Assembly (NCBI GenBank): GCA_051362555.1
Contig: CM120642.1
Coordinates: forward strand, 21,948,001 to 22,012,000
Source of the DNA: Lingula anatina
Lineage: Eukaryota > Animalia > Brachiopoda
DNA length: 64,000 bases
Direction: 5' to 3'
Shown in pieces: positions 13,042 through 25,087 of the stretch. Numbering within the stretch: the first letter of the stretch is position 1; the number at the start of each line of letters is the position of its first letter. A model generated the notes under the pieces. It did no database searches. It was not told the DNA's origin and saw only the letters and a list, made by a program, of their open reading frames with translations. The translations under genes were made by a program, and so were the position numbers.

Positions 13042-13369
13042 GTTAGTTACCACTTTGTGCTGCCATAGTAGAGTTGTTCTTAATCACCTTTATTTGCTAA
13101 AGTTAATGTGGTGTAAGTTATTGTCTTGGGCTGTAGATGTCCTAAATTCGATGAAAATATCAAGTACATTATGTATTAATTTCAAGTTACGTATGATTCT
13201 GTGTTCTGGAGTCATTTTCAGTGCCTTGGACTAACAAGTCGGCCAGTTGATGTTATTACTTAGTATTTTGCTTTGTTGAGACTAAATGTTTTAACCTTGC
13301 TAGGAAAAGTTAATGAAGGCTATAATGGTTCTTTATATACTGTTCATCTTCTACGTTTTCCTCCTCTAG

Positions 13370-13454
13370 CCATGAGAGGACAGACTCTCCACCAGATTCA
13401 CCTAACATTACTATTGTCATGAACAGTTTCCTCAGTAAAATCATCAAAGTCAAG
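13370..13454 (+). pseudogene. UGGT: UGGT exon (S)HERTDSPPDSPNITIVMNSFLSKIIKVK
   Basis: ctctAG|C...AAG|GTgggt. Phase-compatible with the previous exon and matches the TDSPPD...F.SKIIKVK motif. Confidence 0.92.
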
Positions 13455-13859
13455 GTGGGTAGTGCTGAGGGTGGTGACTTTCATGGGTTTGTGGAAAATT
13501 TATGTTGACAGAATGATTCTGCTGTTCTAGGTACTACTTAAAAACAGAAAATACTGTTACACTACTACCAAACCAGATAAAGATCAAACTAAAACATATT
13601 ATTCCTACCAGCTTCTTCAGTTTTAATTATAAAATATTTTCTCAAGTATTATTCATATTTACAGAATTTATGTTTATAAGGCTCAGTAAGCTTGCTTTGT
13701 TGACCTGTTTCAGAGGTGTGTAAAGCACTTGCTTCACAAAATATAAACTATATCATCTATGAGGTATTGCCATATATGTACATGCAGATTATTCAAAGTG
13801 GATATGTGTACTCGGAGAGTAACCAGAGTCCATTCTAAGTTCCATTCTAAGTTCTCCAT

Positions 13860-14175
13860 CATTCTGATCTTCTTATTTTCAAAGTGATTGCTCTCTCATT
13901 GCGATCTGCTTATTTTCAAAATGATTGCTCTCTCTCTCATTGTGATCTGCTTATTTTCAAAATGATTGCTTTTCATTGTGATCTGCTTATTTTTAAAATG
14001 ATTGTTCTCTCTCATTGTGATTTGCTTATTTTCAAAATGATTGCTTTTCATTGTGATTTGCTTATTTTCAAAATGATTGCTCTCTCTCATTGTGATCTGC
14101 TTATTTTGAAAATAATTGCTCTCTCATTGTGATCTGCTTATTTTCAGAATAACTGCTCTCTCATTGTGATCTGTT
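13860..14175 (+). repeat. About 37-39-bp minisatellite abutting a UGGT splice acceptor
   Basis: About 8 copies of CTCTCTCATTGTGATCTGCTTATTTTCAAAATGATTG. Confidence 0.93.
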
Positions 14176-14180
14176 TTTAG

Positions 14181-14265
14181 GTAAGCAAGAAGCCAGGGCA
14201 GGGGTCAGATGATTTGTTGGGAGGAGTAGGAGACAAGAGGAGGGGTTATGAGATTCTTTATCCAG
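14181..14265 (+). pseudogene. UGGT: UGGT exon VSKKPGQGSDDLL... with a frameshift and GL*DSLS (Trp to stop)
   Basis: ttttAG|GTA...CCAG|GTaaa. The 85 nt length gives the wrong phase for the next exon. The alternative frame at the 3' end reads EEGL*DSLS, the conserved G(L/F)WDS motif. Confidence 0.8.
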
Positions 14266-14314
14266 GTAAAACATATTTCCATATTGTGAAAATAACACTT
14301 TTCTTCAAGAACAT

Positions 14315-14830
14315 GTGGAGATGAAGGGTGTATGTTATATTCCAGTGTAGAGATGAAGGATGTATGTTATATTCCAGTGTAGAGATGAAATGTGAATGTT
14401 ATATTCCAGTGTAGAGATGAAGTGTGTATGTTGTATTCCAGTGTAGAGATGAAGTGTTTATGTTGTATTCCAGTGTAGAGATGAAGTGTGTATCTTGTAT
14501 TCCAGTGTAGAGATGAAGTGTGTATATTATATTCCAGTGTAGAGATGAAGTGTGTATGTTGTATTCCAGTGTAGAGCTGAAGCGTATATATGTTGTAGAG
14601 ATGAAGTGTGTATTTTGTATTCCAGTGTAGAGATGAAATGTGTATGTTGTATTCCAGTGAAGAGACGAAGTGTGTGTGTTGTATTCCAGTGTAGAGACGA
14701 AGTGTGTATGTTGTATTCCAGTGTAGAGATGAAGTGTGTATGTTGTATTCCAGCATAGAGATGAAGTGTGTATGTTATATTTCAGTGAAGAGATTAAGTG
14801 TGTATATTATATTCTAGTGTAGAGATGAAG
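14315..14830 (+). repeat. 32-bp minisatellite
   Basis: About 16 copies of TGTATGTTGTATTCCAGTGTAGAGATGAAGTG; TCCAG recurs at 14341, 14373, 14405 and onward. Confidence 0.95.
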
Positions 14831-15865
14831 GATAAAGAATTTTTGGTCACCCTAAAATTTGAATTGTGTGTAGTAGGTAAAGAATTTGTCTGGATGTGAC
14901 TTTTGGCTTATTTTTAAGATTGTGATATTTGCAACTTAACTGTTATTTAGAAACAGCAAAGCCTGGTGTGTTAGCCCGTGTATCACTCATACATCTTGCC
15001 TGTTCACCTAGGAATGATGTTCACCTATATTGAAATAGGTGATATGTTGGCATCTGAACTCTGATATCAACCTGATTTTATGGTTCATTTGGCACATTTG
15101 CCAGTTATCTTGCAATAATTTTGATAAATCCAATGTTTATCCAACGTCTTATCAACGTTATGGTTCAACGTTGTTTCAATGTTAAAACAGCATATTTTGC
15201 CCGCTGGGTAAATGCACTGAAAAAATCAGACAAAGCAGGCACTTGGATGTTTTTACAGTGTACGTTATAATTGTGTACCTGTGTTTTGTACCAAAAATAA
15301 AAACATTTCAGGTCATTTTAATGTCTTTTCATGCAAGAATGTTGTCTAACAACTGGGGGTTGATACATTGTTGTTATCTGACATTGAGTCAACTTTCAAA
15401 TTCAATGGTTATCCAACGTATTATCAGCGTTATGGTTCAACGTTGTTTCAATGTTAAAACAACATAATTTGCCAGCTGGGATAGACAGCAGGTAGAGGAG
15501 GCTGAAAACATTTCTTAATACTGACAGAGGCTGTATGACAAAAAAAGTGTCTTGATAGATGTTTCTTTGCATCTCTTTTAAGTTTGTTTTATCTAGATTT
15601 TGTGCTAAGAGAGTAACAGAATAAGGTTGTTCATTTGTTAGTCTGTCCCTTCATCTGACTGCAGTTTTCAATCAGTTCCAAGTTTTCCATACACTGGGTG
15701 CAGACTTTACTAAAGGCCAAAAAATCTGTCAGACATTTGGTCTGGCAAGTTTGAAAATTCTGTCAGACTGAAACAAAATCTCTCAGACCAAAGTATAATA
15801 ATTGAAATTTGACAAATTATTTTTGTTTTCAGGTGTATTTTATAACCTTTTTAATTATCAGCATT

Positions 15866-15869
<4 letters not shown>

Positions 15870-15934
<65 letters not shown>
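15870..15934. repeat. (TA)n microsatellite
   Basis: Pure TA run. Confidence 0.97.
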
Positions 15935-15938
<4 letters not shown>

Positions 15939-17432
15939 GAAAAAAATAGACAAAAAATGATTTGCATGACAAGTTTTTTTATCTAATGAAAAAGGTGTAG
16001 TAGAATGATACAAGGACTAAGACCAATACAAGTATGACGAATGTGTAATCAGATAACCATTTCATCCGTTTTTTTTTTGGCAATATAACATATGCATTGT
16101 GAAACAGCACAGTAAGACAGTCTCTTTCATCCAATGGAAACTTTGATAGGGGATGCCCAGCCTGAGGCTAAATTCCTTCTTCATTTTTTTTTCTTAATAA
16201 AAAGAAACACAAACTGTGAGCCTTCATCAAGTTCATGTGTACTTTCTCCAACTCGTGGGCTAAACAGTACATGTGCAAGTAGATATATATGTTAGATAAT
16301 ATCAGAACCCATAATAAAGCAATAAGATTTATGTTGCTGTTGATCATAATACTTCTGACACTCAGTACACACCATTTTCGTCTCCCCCAGATTGTTAGTC
16401 CGCCAGGGCCTACCTTCTTTCCAACTTCCAATCAGTCTGGTTCTTTTCCACACTTTGTTTTCATTTTTCCCACGCTGTGCACCAACAAAGTATTTTAAGT
16501 TCAACAACGTCACCTTTCTAATCAAAAGACTTAGCCATGAGTACTGTGCACGATTAAGAAGAAACAGAGGATCAAGTCAGTAAAAACCGCAAAAAGCGTG
16601 AGCACATGTATTGCAGCCATTTTGTTGCGCAAGGGTATCACAAAAACGAGACTGTACATTACATCATCCAGGAATCCCCCAACCTCAGCCAGTCACAAAA
16701 TAGTATTTGTGAGTGAAACTGAGGTTAATTAATTATGTATAATTAGCTGGGAACTCCCCGGGAGTTTGATCCTGTTTCTCTTTTTGAATGAAGTAAAATA
16801 TATATCGCCCAGAAAAGAAACAACAACATATTCCCTATATTTACACATTCCCAGTCACTTTGAAAACTTGCTGGACATAAGGTCCGACAATACAGGTTTT
16901 TTTATCGGCCCGAGACAAAATTTTCCAGGCATGTGTATATGTATTAAGTTGTTAGTGCATGTTTGAAGTTTTTTTAAGCAGACTATCTGTATATTCCTCT
17001 CTGTTGTGATCAAGGTGACATCACATTGTGATTTTTTGCCAGCTTTATGTTCTGGATAATGTAATGTTGATGGAATGTCAGAATTTGCAGGCAGGGGCTT
17101 TTAATGGTTTTTTATAACCAGGTGATGGATCAGCGTCAGTGTAGTTGTGTAATTTTGTGTGTTTTTAATATAGATATTTGATTATAATTAATTTTTTTTA
17201 ATCTACAGATCTTCTATTCTTACGTATATATCAATATGGTATTCAATTTTATTGAAACCAAATCTTTGTTATTTAATAAAATGTACATTGTATTACCGTG
17301 TTTACACATAATGTATGACCATTTTGTTTGCTTCTTATGCAATATTTAATTTCAATTAGAATAATTAATTCCATTATTGATAACATATTTTCATATTATA
17401 GTTTTTTTAATGCTTTAAGCTGTTTTTGTTAA

Positions 17433-17770
17433 AGGGATAATAACTCTTCGTTTCGGCCAAAAAATGAATTTTCCTGGAGTAAACAACAATTTTCCCATAC
17501 TAACCAATGGTTAATAAATCCATTTTTACATTCAAAGTTAGTCCCTGGTTTTTTTCTAAAAAGTTTGGTTTTTTGTTAAAATCTCTTAAGAGATTTTAAC
17601 AGAGTATAGCCATCAATGGAGGTCACGTGGTTTAAAGACAAGCTCAAATATCAGAATTTATAGTTATAACTGCCGTTTTTATGGTAAAACAGAATATATT
17701 CTATTTCTATGAGTTATTCACAATGTTTTTATTGTGAAATATAGATCTCATACGAAGAGTTATTATCCCT
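17433..17770. mobile_element. Kolobok-like non-autonomous element, 338 bp
   Basis: TTAA|AGGGATAATAACTCTTCGT ... ACGAAGAGTTATTATCCCT|TTAA. Perfect 19-bp TIR, purine start and TTAA target-site duplication. Confidence 0.88.
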
Positions 17771-18002
17771 TTAACTGTCCTTTATTGGGGCGATTGTGAA
17801 GAATAGTTGCAGTTACAGTTTTACTGTATGCACAGTATGTTTGTGTATTATTTTGAATGGGACATTTATCTTGAAATTTCCTGTTTCCTACAATTGTCTT
17901 ACAGTTTTTTATAGAAGGGACCCCTATGGCATGACTTGCTGAACACAGGACAAAATCTCTGTCATATTCTTTTGCCTCTCATGTTTCCTCTTTGTTTTCC
18001 AG

Positions 18003-18095
18003 TTCCCTCTCAGGCCCTAGTGAAGAGGGGAATCGAGTGAAGAAAGTGAATATATTTTCAGTGGCATCAGGACACCTTTATTAGAGATTCCTCAG
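18003..18095 (+). pseudogene. UGGT: UGGT exon SLSGPSEEGNRVKKVNIFSVASGHLY*RFLR (start of the GT24 catalytic domain)
   Basis: ttccAG|T...CTCAG|GTaga. TAG at 18082-18084 replaces the invariant Glu of GHLYERFL. Confidence 0.95.
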
Positions 18096-18115
18096 GTAGA
18101 AGTGCTGTCACCTTC

Positions 18116-18157
18116 ACACTTGATGTAGAAAAAATTATAATTGTTGATGCTGATCAG
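18116..18157 (+). pseudogene. UGGT: Orphan 3' end of the UGGT exon carrying the DxD motif (LDVEKIIIVDADQ)
   Basis: ctt gat gta gaa aaa att ata att gtt gat gct gat cag|GTaaa lies only about 20 nt after the previous donor and has no acceptor of its own. Confidence 0.85.
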
Positions 18158-18577
18158 GTAAAAAGACTTTGTACTCCTTTTTATGATTCCAGTTGCCACA
18201 AATTGATTTACAAAAACTTCTTGTTTTTTAGTGAGATGCTGTCTTAGTATTTGTACAAGGTACATAATCTAACTTGAATTGCCTGCATTAAAAATAGCAA
18301 TTTTTATAAAAACAAATATCTGAAACAATGAATCCAGATTTTGGATATTTTCCCTCCTAAAATGCTTAATGCCAGTTTTACCAGATTTTCTTTTTAAATA
18401 CAGTTCCAGCCATTTCATTTTTTCACCTCAATACATTAGACTCAAAGCTTAAAGAAAAATACATGAAGAAAATACTTTTTATAATGTTTTAAGTATTATC
18501 TCATAACATTATTTTGTTCCACAGGATTCTCGTTATGTTTAATTTTTTTACTAATCCCTAACTGTTTTCTGTGTCAG

Positions 18578-18674
18578 GTGCAGATATTCAGGAGTTATAT
18601 GACCTTGACCTTGGTGGTGCACCTTACGGCAACACTCCATTCTGTGGTAGCAGGAAAGAGATGGATGGGTTCAG
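18578..18674 (+). pseudogene. UGGT: UGGT exon [32 protein letters not shown]
   Basis: Ends TTCAG|GTaaat. The 5' boundary is approximate because the nearest AG is out of phase. Matches the DL.GAPYGYTPFCDSR.EMDG.R motif. Confidence 0.92.
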
Positions 18675-18990
18675 GTAAATAAACATGGGATAGCAGGAAA
18701 GAGATGGAATACATGACATATGGTGCCTGAAATATCCACAAAAACCGTCAGTACTAGCTTCATCCTCTAAATACTGAGTGCTAACCAGGTATCATTTGTA
18801 AACGGGCAGTGTATGTATGTGTTAGTATGTAATTTGATAATTGGGTCTGTCCATGTCATCCAGTGTCTGTATGTTTGGCAGCATTGCTTTCTGGTTATTA
18901 CGTTCTTTGAAATGACACAGAAAACAGATCTAAGTGTCCTTGAAGAGAATAACTGCATGTACTAATTCCATCTCTGTTTGTAACTGTCAG

Positions 18991-19047
18991 GTTCTGGAAG
19001 TCTGGTTACTGGGCAAGTCCTCTTGCTGGCAGGAAGTACCACATTAG
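18991..19047 (+). pseudogene. UGGT: UGGT exon FWKSGYWASPLAGRKYHI(S)
   Basis: gtcAG|G...ATTAG|GTaagc. Near-invariant UGGT motif, with His changed to Pro. Confidence 0.95.
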
Positions 19048-19721
19048 GTAAGCTGTCAGGACATTGTGGACATGGGCCTTGTAGCTTGAAAGCATCGTGC
19101 ATTGCGACCGAGTGCAAGCGTCTTGATTCCATAATTCAACCATACTCGCTCCATGTAAAACATTGTTGCCTATATGTGATATTGCTATTCACCATATGCG
19201 ATGCTTTCCAGTTACGGGGCCCTGTAGTATTCCCCTACTTTCACAGCTTTATGGGCAATTGTTTTTACACATAAGCAAAAACCCATTTCATGTTTAGATA
19301 GAGAAAAAACCTGAAAATTTCTGGAAGTTTCAACATTATCCCAATGGTGTAAATGCCTCTTTTCAAAACGAGCAAACTGCAAATCTTTTATCTACCCTTC
19401 CTTTAATCCTCTTTGTCTTAATTGACAATGTGTCTCTGTGTCATCCTTGCAGTCAAGTTATCATCTAGTATGAAAAAAGTATAACTACACGATTTGTTAC
19501 TGATAAGCTGTGTCTACGTTGCTGACTGTTATAGGTGTTGATAAAGGCCACATTCACATCGAAAAGAGCTGAGACTCTACAAAGCCGAGACCTAAATATG
19601 GCAGACGTACATGAAAGGAAAACTGCCTAATTTGTTAATAGTCTCTCCGCCTCTCACACGCCTCCCTACGCGTCGTCCCTGAGGGGGTACAGTCATTAAA
19701 TCTTGGCTCCATTCACCCGGA

Positions 19722-19955
19722 AGCTACCTGAGAAATGTTAAGTGCGCATGCTCATCAATTAAACTCGAGGTGAAGAAGGCATGACGGCTAGAGGCGATTG
19801 AAGGAAAAAAGCTCTTCTTTTCTATTATCTTTCAAAACAGAGACGAAAAAGGAATGAATTGGCCAGTAGAGCAGCAATGAATCAGCTATCTACGGAGATA
19901 ATGTCAGCTGACCAGAGACCAATGAGCATGCGCACTTAATTTTTCTCAGGTAGCT
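19722..19955. mobile_element. MITE with about 30-bp inverted repeats
   Basis: AGCTACCTGAGAAATGTTAAGTGCGCATGCTCAT ... ATGAGCATGCGCACTTAATTTTTCTCAGGTAGCT. Confidence 0.75.
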
Positions 19956-20325
19956 ACTGTATGCCACTGTTGTGAGTGGAATTCCATGGTGATCTGTAGA
20001 TACCTACTGTATATCACTGAGGGCTGTGAGTGGAATTCCATGGTGATCTGTAGATACCTACTGTATATCACTGAGGGCTGTGAGTGGAATTCCATGGTGA
20101 TCCAGGGGCGGATCCAGAGATATATTCTGACAGTCTTCCAAATTATCTTTATTGATCTATCCTCCATTTTTGACCGTCTTCCAACAGAAAAAATTAGATA
20201 CCCGTCAATGTAAACTTGAAAATCTGACCGTCTTCCAGAAGACCCAGAAGACGGCCTAAATCCGCCCCTGTGAACTGTAGATACTACTGTATGTTTGTCA
20301 CTGAGGGCTGTGAGTGGAATTCCAC
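19956..20325 (+). repeat. 54-bp minisatellite interrupted by a MITE
   Basis: About 4 copies of TAGATACCTACTGTATATCACTGAGGGCTGTGAGTGGAATTCCATGGTGATCTG. Confidence 0.88.
20103..20270. mobile_element. 168-bp MITE (CAGGGGCGGAT...ATCCGCCCCTG)
   Basis: 11-bp TIR. Flanks TGATC and TGAAC suggest a 5-bp target-site duplication. A degraded inverted copy lies at about 27460-27598. Confidence 0.85.
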
Positions 20326-20811
20326 AGTGACATGAATCTCCTTAGGTACCACTGGATATGTAGTTAGCAGAATATATAAACAATTTTAACTCCAAAGAAT
20401 GAGGTATATTGATAATTCTGGTATATTGTCTTTTTTACACAAAGTACACTTAAAATAATTTGTGCACTAAAAAACTACATATCTTGGTATTCTTCGTTCC
20501 AAATGTTCCCCTGAAATATAGCAGAGATGTCAAGATTTTAACTTGCTTCAAGAGGTTTACCAAACCAGGGCATAAGTAAGCTCAACATTGGGGAAATATT
20601 AATGGGTACATTGAGGATAAAGAAAGCCAGAATTATACTCGATGTACTTCCATCTTGGGAGTTAACCCCCTTAAACTTTTTTTTTAATTTTTCAAAATGT
20701 ATCTACTATAAAGATTTCATTAAATGCTACAACATTATATCTAGCACATTAAAGTAAAGACACCTCAACTCACATGAGGAATTGTTGTTGAAAAGCTTCT
20801 GTTTCCTTTAG

Positions 20812-20872
20812 GTTGTGGTGTGAGACTTGGTGCAGTGATGACAAGAAGTCAAGAGCCAAAACTATTGATTTG
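20812..20872 (+). pseudogene. UGGT: UGGT exon or exon piece LWCETWCSDDKKSRAKTIDL
   Basis: tttAG|G TTG TGG TGT GAG ACT TGG TGC...TTG|GTaagc. Confidence 0.95.
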
Positions 20873-21060
20873 GTAAGCATAAAGAATTAGTAATAATAAT
20901 TACAGAATATATTTTATGAAATGATGCATTAATTTTTAAGTTAAAGATTTCAGTGTTTGTTTTAGTAAAACTGGATTGTTGTTCCTACATGCGGCAATTT
21001 ATTTACTTAATGGTTACAAAATCTCATTTTGAAGGCTATAATTAACTTCTGATAAGTTTT

Positions 21061-22279
21061 TTTTATGTACAGACACATCTGTGTCTGTACAAATAGCAGT
21101 CACCTGCATCTGTCATCACCATCATCGCCATCGCTGTGCACTTTTACTGATAACACGATAAGTGGAAAACTGTTTGCTCTTTTGGCCTGAAACTTACAGA
21201 ACTGATGAATATCCATAATATGCAGGTCAAGTTCGAAAATCAGCATGATCAGGCCATTTGTATGGAAGTTATGCTGTTTTTTTTCACTTTTTTCAGCATA
21301 TATGCAACACCAATGACACGATGAGTGGAAAACCATTTTACCTTTTGGCTTGAAACTTGCAGAACTGATGAATATTCATAATACACAGGTCAAGTTCGAA
21401 AATCAGCTTGATTGGACTATTTTCACAAAAGTTATACTGTTATTTTGGTTTTTTCCGCATATATGCAACACTGATAATGCATTGTACGGAAAACTGATCA
21501 GCCTTTTTGCCTTTCAACTCACAGGAGTGATCAGTCTGACTAGTATATACAGATCAAGTTTGAAAAGAAACTTGATCAGTTAAGTTTTGATGAAGTTATG
21601 CCTTTTTTAGTATTATGACTGGTTTTTCTTCAGATTTAATTCTTAGGCATGTCTCATTATAGAACTAATTTTCTGCTTCTTAACAATATTATTAGTTGAT
21701 TATATAAAAATGACGGTAAACCTGTTATGGTGTATTGTTTAATAAAGTATCAAACTTGGAAATAAACTCATGTCATTGCAGTTCATCAGATTCAATCATT
21801 CACTAAGTTAAGAATCTCAGAATGGAGCAAGTTGGACATTTAAAATTGTTCTATTAATATTTTTCCCTTGACAACATTTTTTAAAATTGATCATATAAAA
21901 ATGACAGTTAATTGATTATTTTGTTTTATGTAAAAAAGGTGTTGAAATGGAAATAAACTCTTTTCAGTACAGTTATCTCTTGTTTACATTTTGGGATTTT
22001 CAAGGTGTGAATCTGAACTCTATGGCCTAGTCACATTTTCTGAATATCCGTGATACTTTTATTTTATTACTAAAATTTGATGGTTATTATGCTGTTAAGC
22101 ATTGTGTAATATTGCATTAAAATTGAACAAAACCCTATTTTGGGCACTACCTCCATAGTGACCGTGAAAGGAAAACCTTGTCACTTACTTTTCTCACACT
22201 TACAGGAAAGAAACATAGGACTGAAATACAGCTTCAGTTGGAAAATCTGTCTCATTAGAATATTTTCTGAGGGTTATAC

Positions 22280-22329
<50 letters not shown>

Positions 22330-24946
22330 AGAAAATTTTTATCTTTCACATATTAGAATTTTCATTGTGGGACTCCCTTGGATATGAAGCCCAGTGGTGA
22401 TCAAATTTTCTTAATACCCATATTTTTATATTTTTAATAGTAGATAATGAAAAATTGGTGGTATTTATACAGTTAATCACTATGTAATGTTGCATCAAAA
22501 TTGACAAAAAAGACTACTTTGTGCACTGCCACCATTAAAGTCATAATAACTCTTCGTTTTGGCCAAAAATTGGATTTTCCTGGAGTAAACGGCAATTTTC
22601 CCGTACTTACCAATGGTCAGTGACCCTATTCCTGCATTCAAAGTTAGTCCAGGGTTTTTTTCCTAAACGTTTGGTTTTTTGTTAAAATCTCTTAAGAGAT
22701 TTTAACTGGCTGAGCCCTCTCTGACATTGCATAGTCACGCGATATCGAGCGATAGTTTCTGGTGACCTAAAACCGTAGGAAAAGCAGACAACAACAACGC
22801 TATATAACAATAATATAAGATTCATAAAATATATTTTCGTCTTATTGCTCAAAATGCATTTATATCTACAATGTGTGCAATTCTGGGCTTTTCGTTATCC
22901 GACGCACTGTACAAAAACTCGCAACTTACGTCTGCGTATTCATCAGGGGTTTTGCGCCAGATGTTATTCTGGTCTCGAATGAACGCAGGAATCCGCGTGA
23001 CACCCTAACGTCATTTGCAACGGATGCCTTGATGACCAGGAAGAAAGGCATTGAAAGCCCTATTGACAAGCACAGATTTTAGTTTTACCACAATAGGGAC
23101 TGTTTTAGTGGTAAAATGCAATAGAATATATTTCCATGCGTTGTTTACAATGTATTTCTTGCAGAATTTTGAATCTCAAAGGAAGCGTTATTATTGCTTT
23201 AACGTTATAGAAAGAAAACTGTGTTACTTACTATTTTTTTTAACTTACAAGAATGATTCTTAGGATGGACATACAGCTCAAATTAGAAAACCAGCTCTAT
23301 TTGATTATCATTAGTACCACCAGCGTGTGTCAACTCTGCCGGCTCCTTGAGCTCCGCCAGCTCTGCAGGGTGGCATGCTTTCATGCTATATATCTCTCAA
23401 ACTAAAGGAATTATGGGAAAAATTGGTATAGAAGTCTGACCGAAAGTCATATATGAGGATTTCAAATATGCCCTTGGATTTGACCGTTGACCTTTATTTC
23501 AAGGTGAAACAGGCCAAAATTTTCAAAAAAAGGGAATTTTTTACGAAAAAAAAATTATTTGCGCTGATATTCAGAAACTACACAGACCTAACCTATAATA
23601 TTATTGGCAGGTGTTACCCTTCAGGTTATCTTTCATCTCTGTAAGTTTGGGGTCAATTGGTGCATTTTATCATTGCAGTTTGTCAGATTCAATCATCTAC
23701 TATCTTCAGAATCTCAGAATGGAGGAAATTGGACATTTAACACTGTTCTATTGATATTTTCCCATCTCATCAATTTTCTTAGTTGATCATATAAAATGTC
23801 AGTAAGCAGTTTATTTTGGGGGGTTTTTTTCACTTTTTTTAGCATTTTTATAACACCTATAACATAATAAGTGAAAAACCTTTTTACTTTTTGGCTTCAA
23901 ACTTATAGAACTGATGAATATTCATAATATGCAGGTCAAGTTTGAAAATCAGCATTATCGGGTCAATTTTATGTAAGCTAAGAACTTCCACTTCTTTCCA
24001 CTTTTTTCAGCATATATGCAGCACTTATAACACAATAAGTGAAAAACCGTTTTACCTTTTGGCTTGAAACTTACAGAATTGATGAATATTTATAATACGC
24101 AGGTCGAGTTCGAAAATCAGCATGATCGGGCCATTTTAAGGGAAGTTATGCTGTTTTTTCGATTTTTTCAGCATATATGCAACCCTGATAACACAATATA
24201 AGAAAAACAGATAGGCCAATTGTCATTATACTAACAATACTGGTCAATCTTACTAAAACACAGGTTGAGATAGAAAATCAGCATAATCGGGCCATTATTT
24301 TGAAGTTATGCTGTTTTTTCACATTTCCTCAGATTCAATTCTTATGCATGTTAACAGTCTCATTATTGAACTAATAAGATACATAAAAGTGTTTGTTTGA
24401 CATTTCCTGCATCTTTATAATATGTTAGTTGATTATGTAAAAAAGTTGGTAAACTTGTTATCATGTATTGTGTAATAAAGTGTCAAAAATGGAAATAAAC
24501 TCATATCATTGCAGATTATCAGATTCAATCATCCACTATGTTCAGAATCTCAGAATGGAGGAAATTGGACATTTAACACTGTTCTATTGATATTTTTCCC
24601 ATCTCATCAATTTTTTTAGTTGATCTAATAAAAATGGCAGTAAAACGTTTATTTTGTTTTATGTTAAAAATGTGTTAAAAATGGAAATAAACCCATTGCA
24701 GAACAGTGCTGTCTTGTTTACATTTTGGCATTTTCAAGGTGTGACTTTGAAGTTCCATGTGCCTGAAGCCTTATGCTTGTTACACATTTTACTTACATTG
24801 GTATTACCTGTTGAGCATAATTAAAATTTGATGTTGAATTTGCAGTTAAGCATAATGTACTTTTGCACCAGATTTGACAGTAGCCTATTTTGTGCATTGT
24901 TATTTCCTGCTTTTTGTCTGTACATTTGACAGCTTTGCTGCCTTGT
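21061..24946 (+). mobile_element. HINE-like element, family 2, older composite copy
   Basis: 5' T run plus ATGTACAGACAC..GTGTCTGTACA palindrome and degenerate trinucleotide tract. 3' end TGTCTGTACATTTGACAGCTTTGCTGCCTTGT. The interior is homologous to 39145-41179. Confidence 0.75.
22539..23198. mobile_element. Kolobok-like element, 660 bp, related to 17433-17770
   Basis: TTAA|AGTCATAATAACTCTTCGT ... GGAAGCGTTATTATTGCT|TTAA. The first ~165 bp are similar to the 17433 element. Confidence 0.82.
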
Positions 24947-25087
24947 TTTGTTTTCCATATGGTTTACAAGTTATGCTGTATCAAAAAGTACATTGTGGTG
25001 GTGAAAGTAAAATGTACAATACGGTAATATGTAAAAAATTTTGAACGTCTGGAAAAGATAACAATTAAGGCTTGACGAGGCAGACAA

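Noticed and set aside
13860-14830. CRISPR-like arrays (32-39-bp periodicity)
   Set aside because: The units are head-to-tail with no unique spacers, there are no cas genes, and the context is a eukaryotic intron.
15130-15480. Duplicated segment ending GCTGGG as a structured RNA
   Set aside because: It looks like two 3' ends of a CCCAGC-terminated transposon. No tRNA or ncRNA hallmarks were seen and the boundaries are unclear.
12956-18095. Stop-codon reassignment or selenocysteine readthrough in UGGT
   Set aside because: The stops replace different residues (Asn position, Arg, Trp, Glu), and they co-occur with a frameshift and exon deletions. Ordinary pseudogenisation explains them.
19505-19530. 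VYVAD as the missing UGGT ALYVVDL exon
   Set aside because: The similarity does not extend and there is no suitable splice context.
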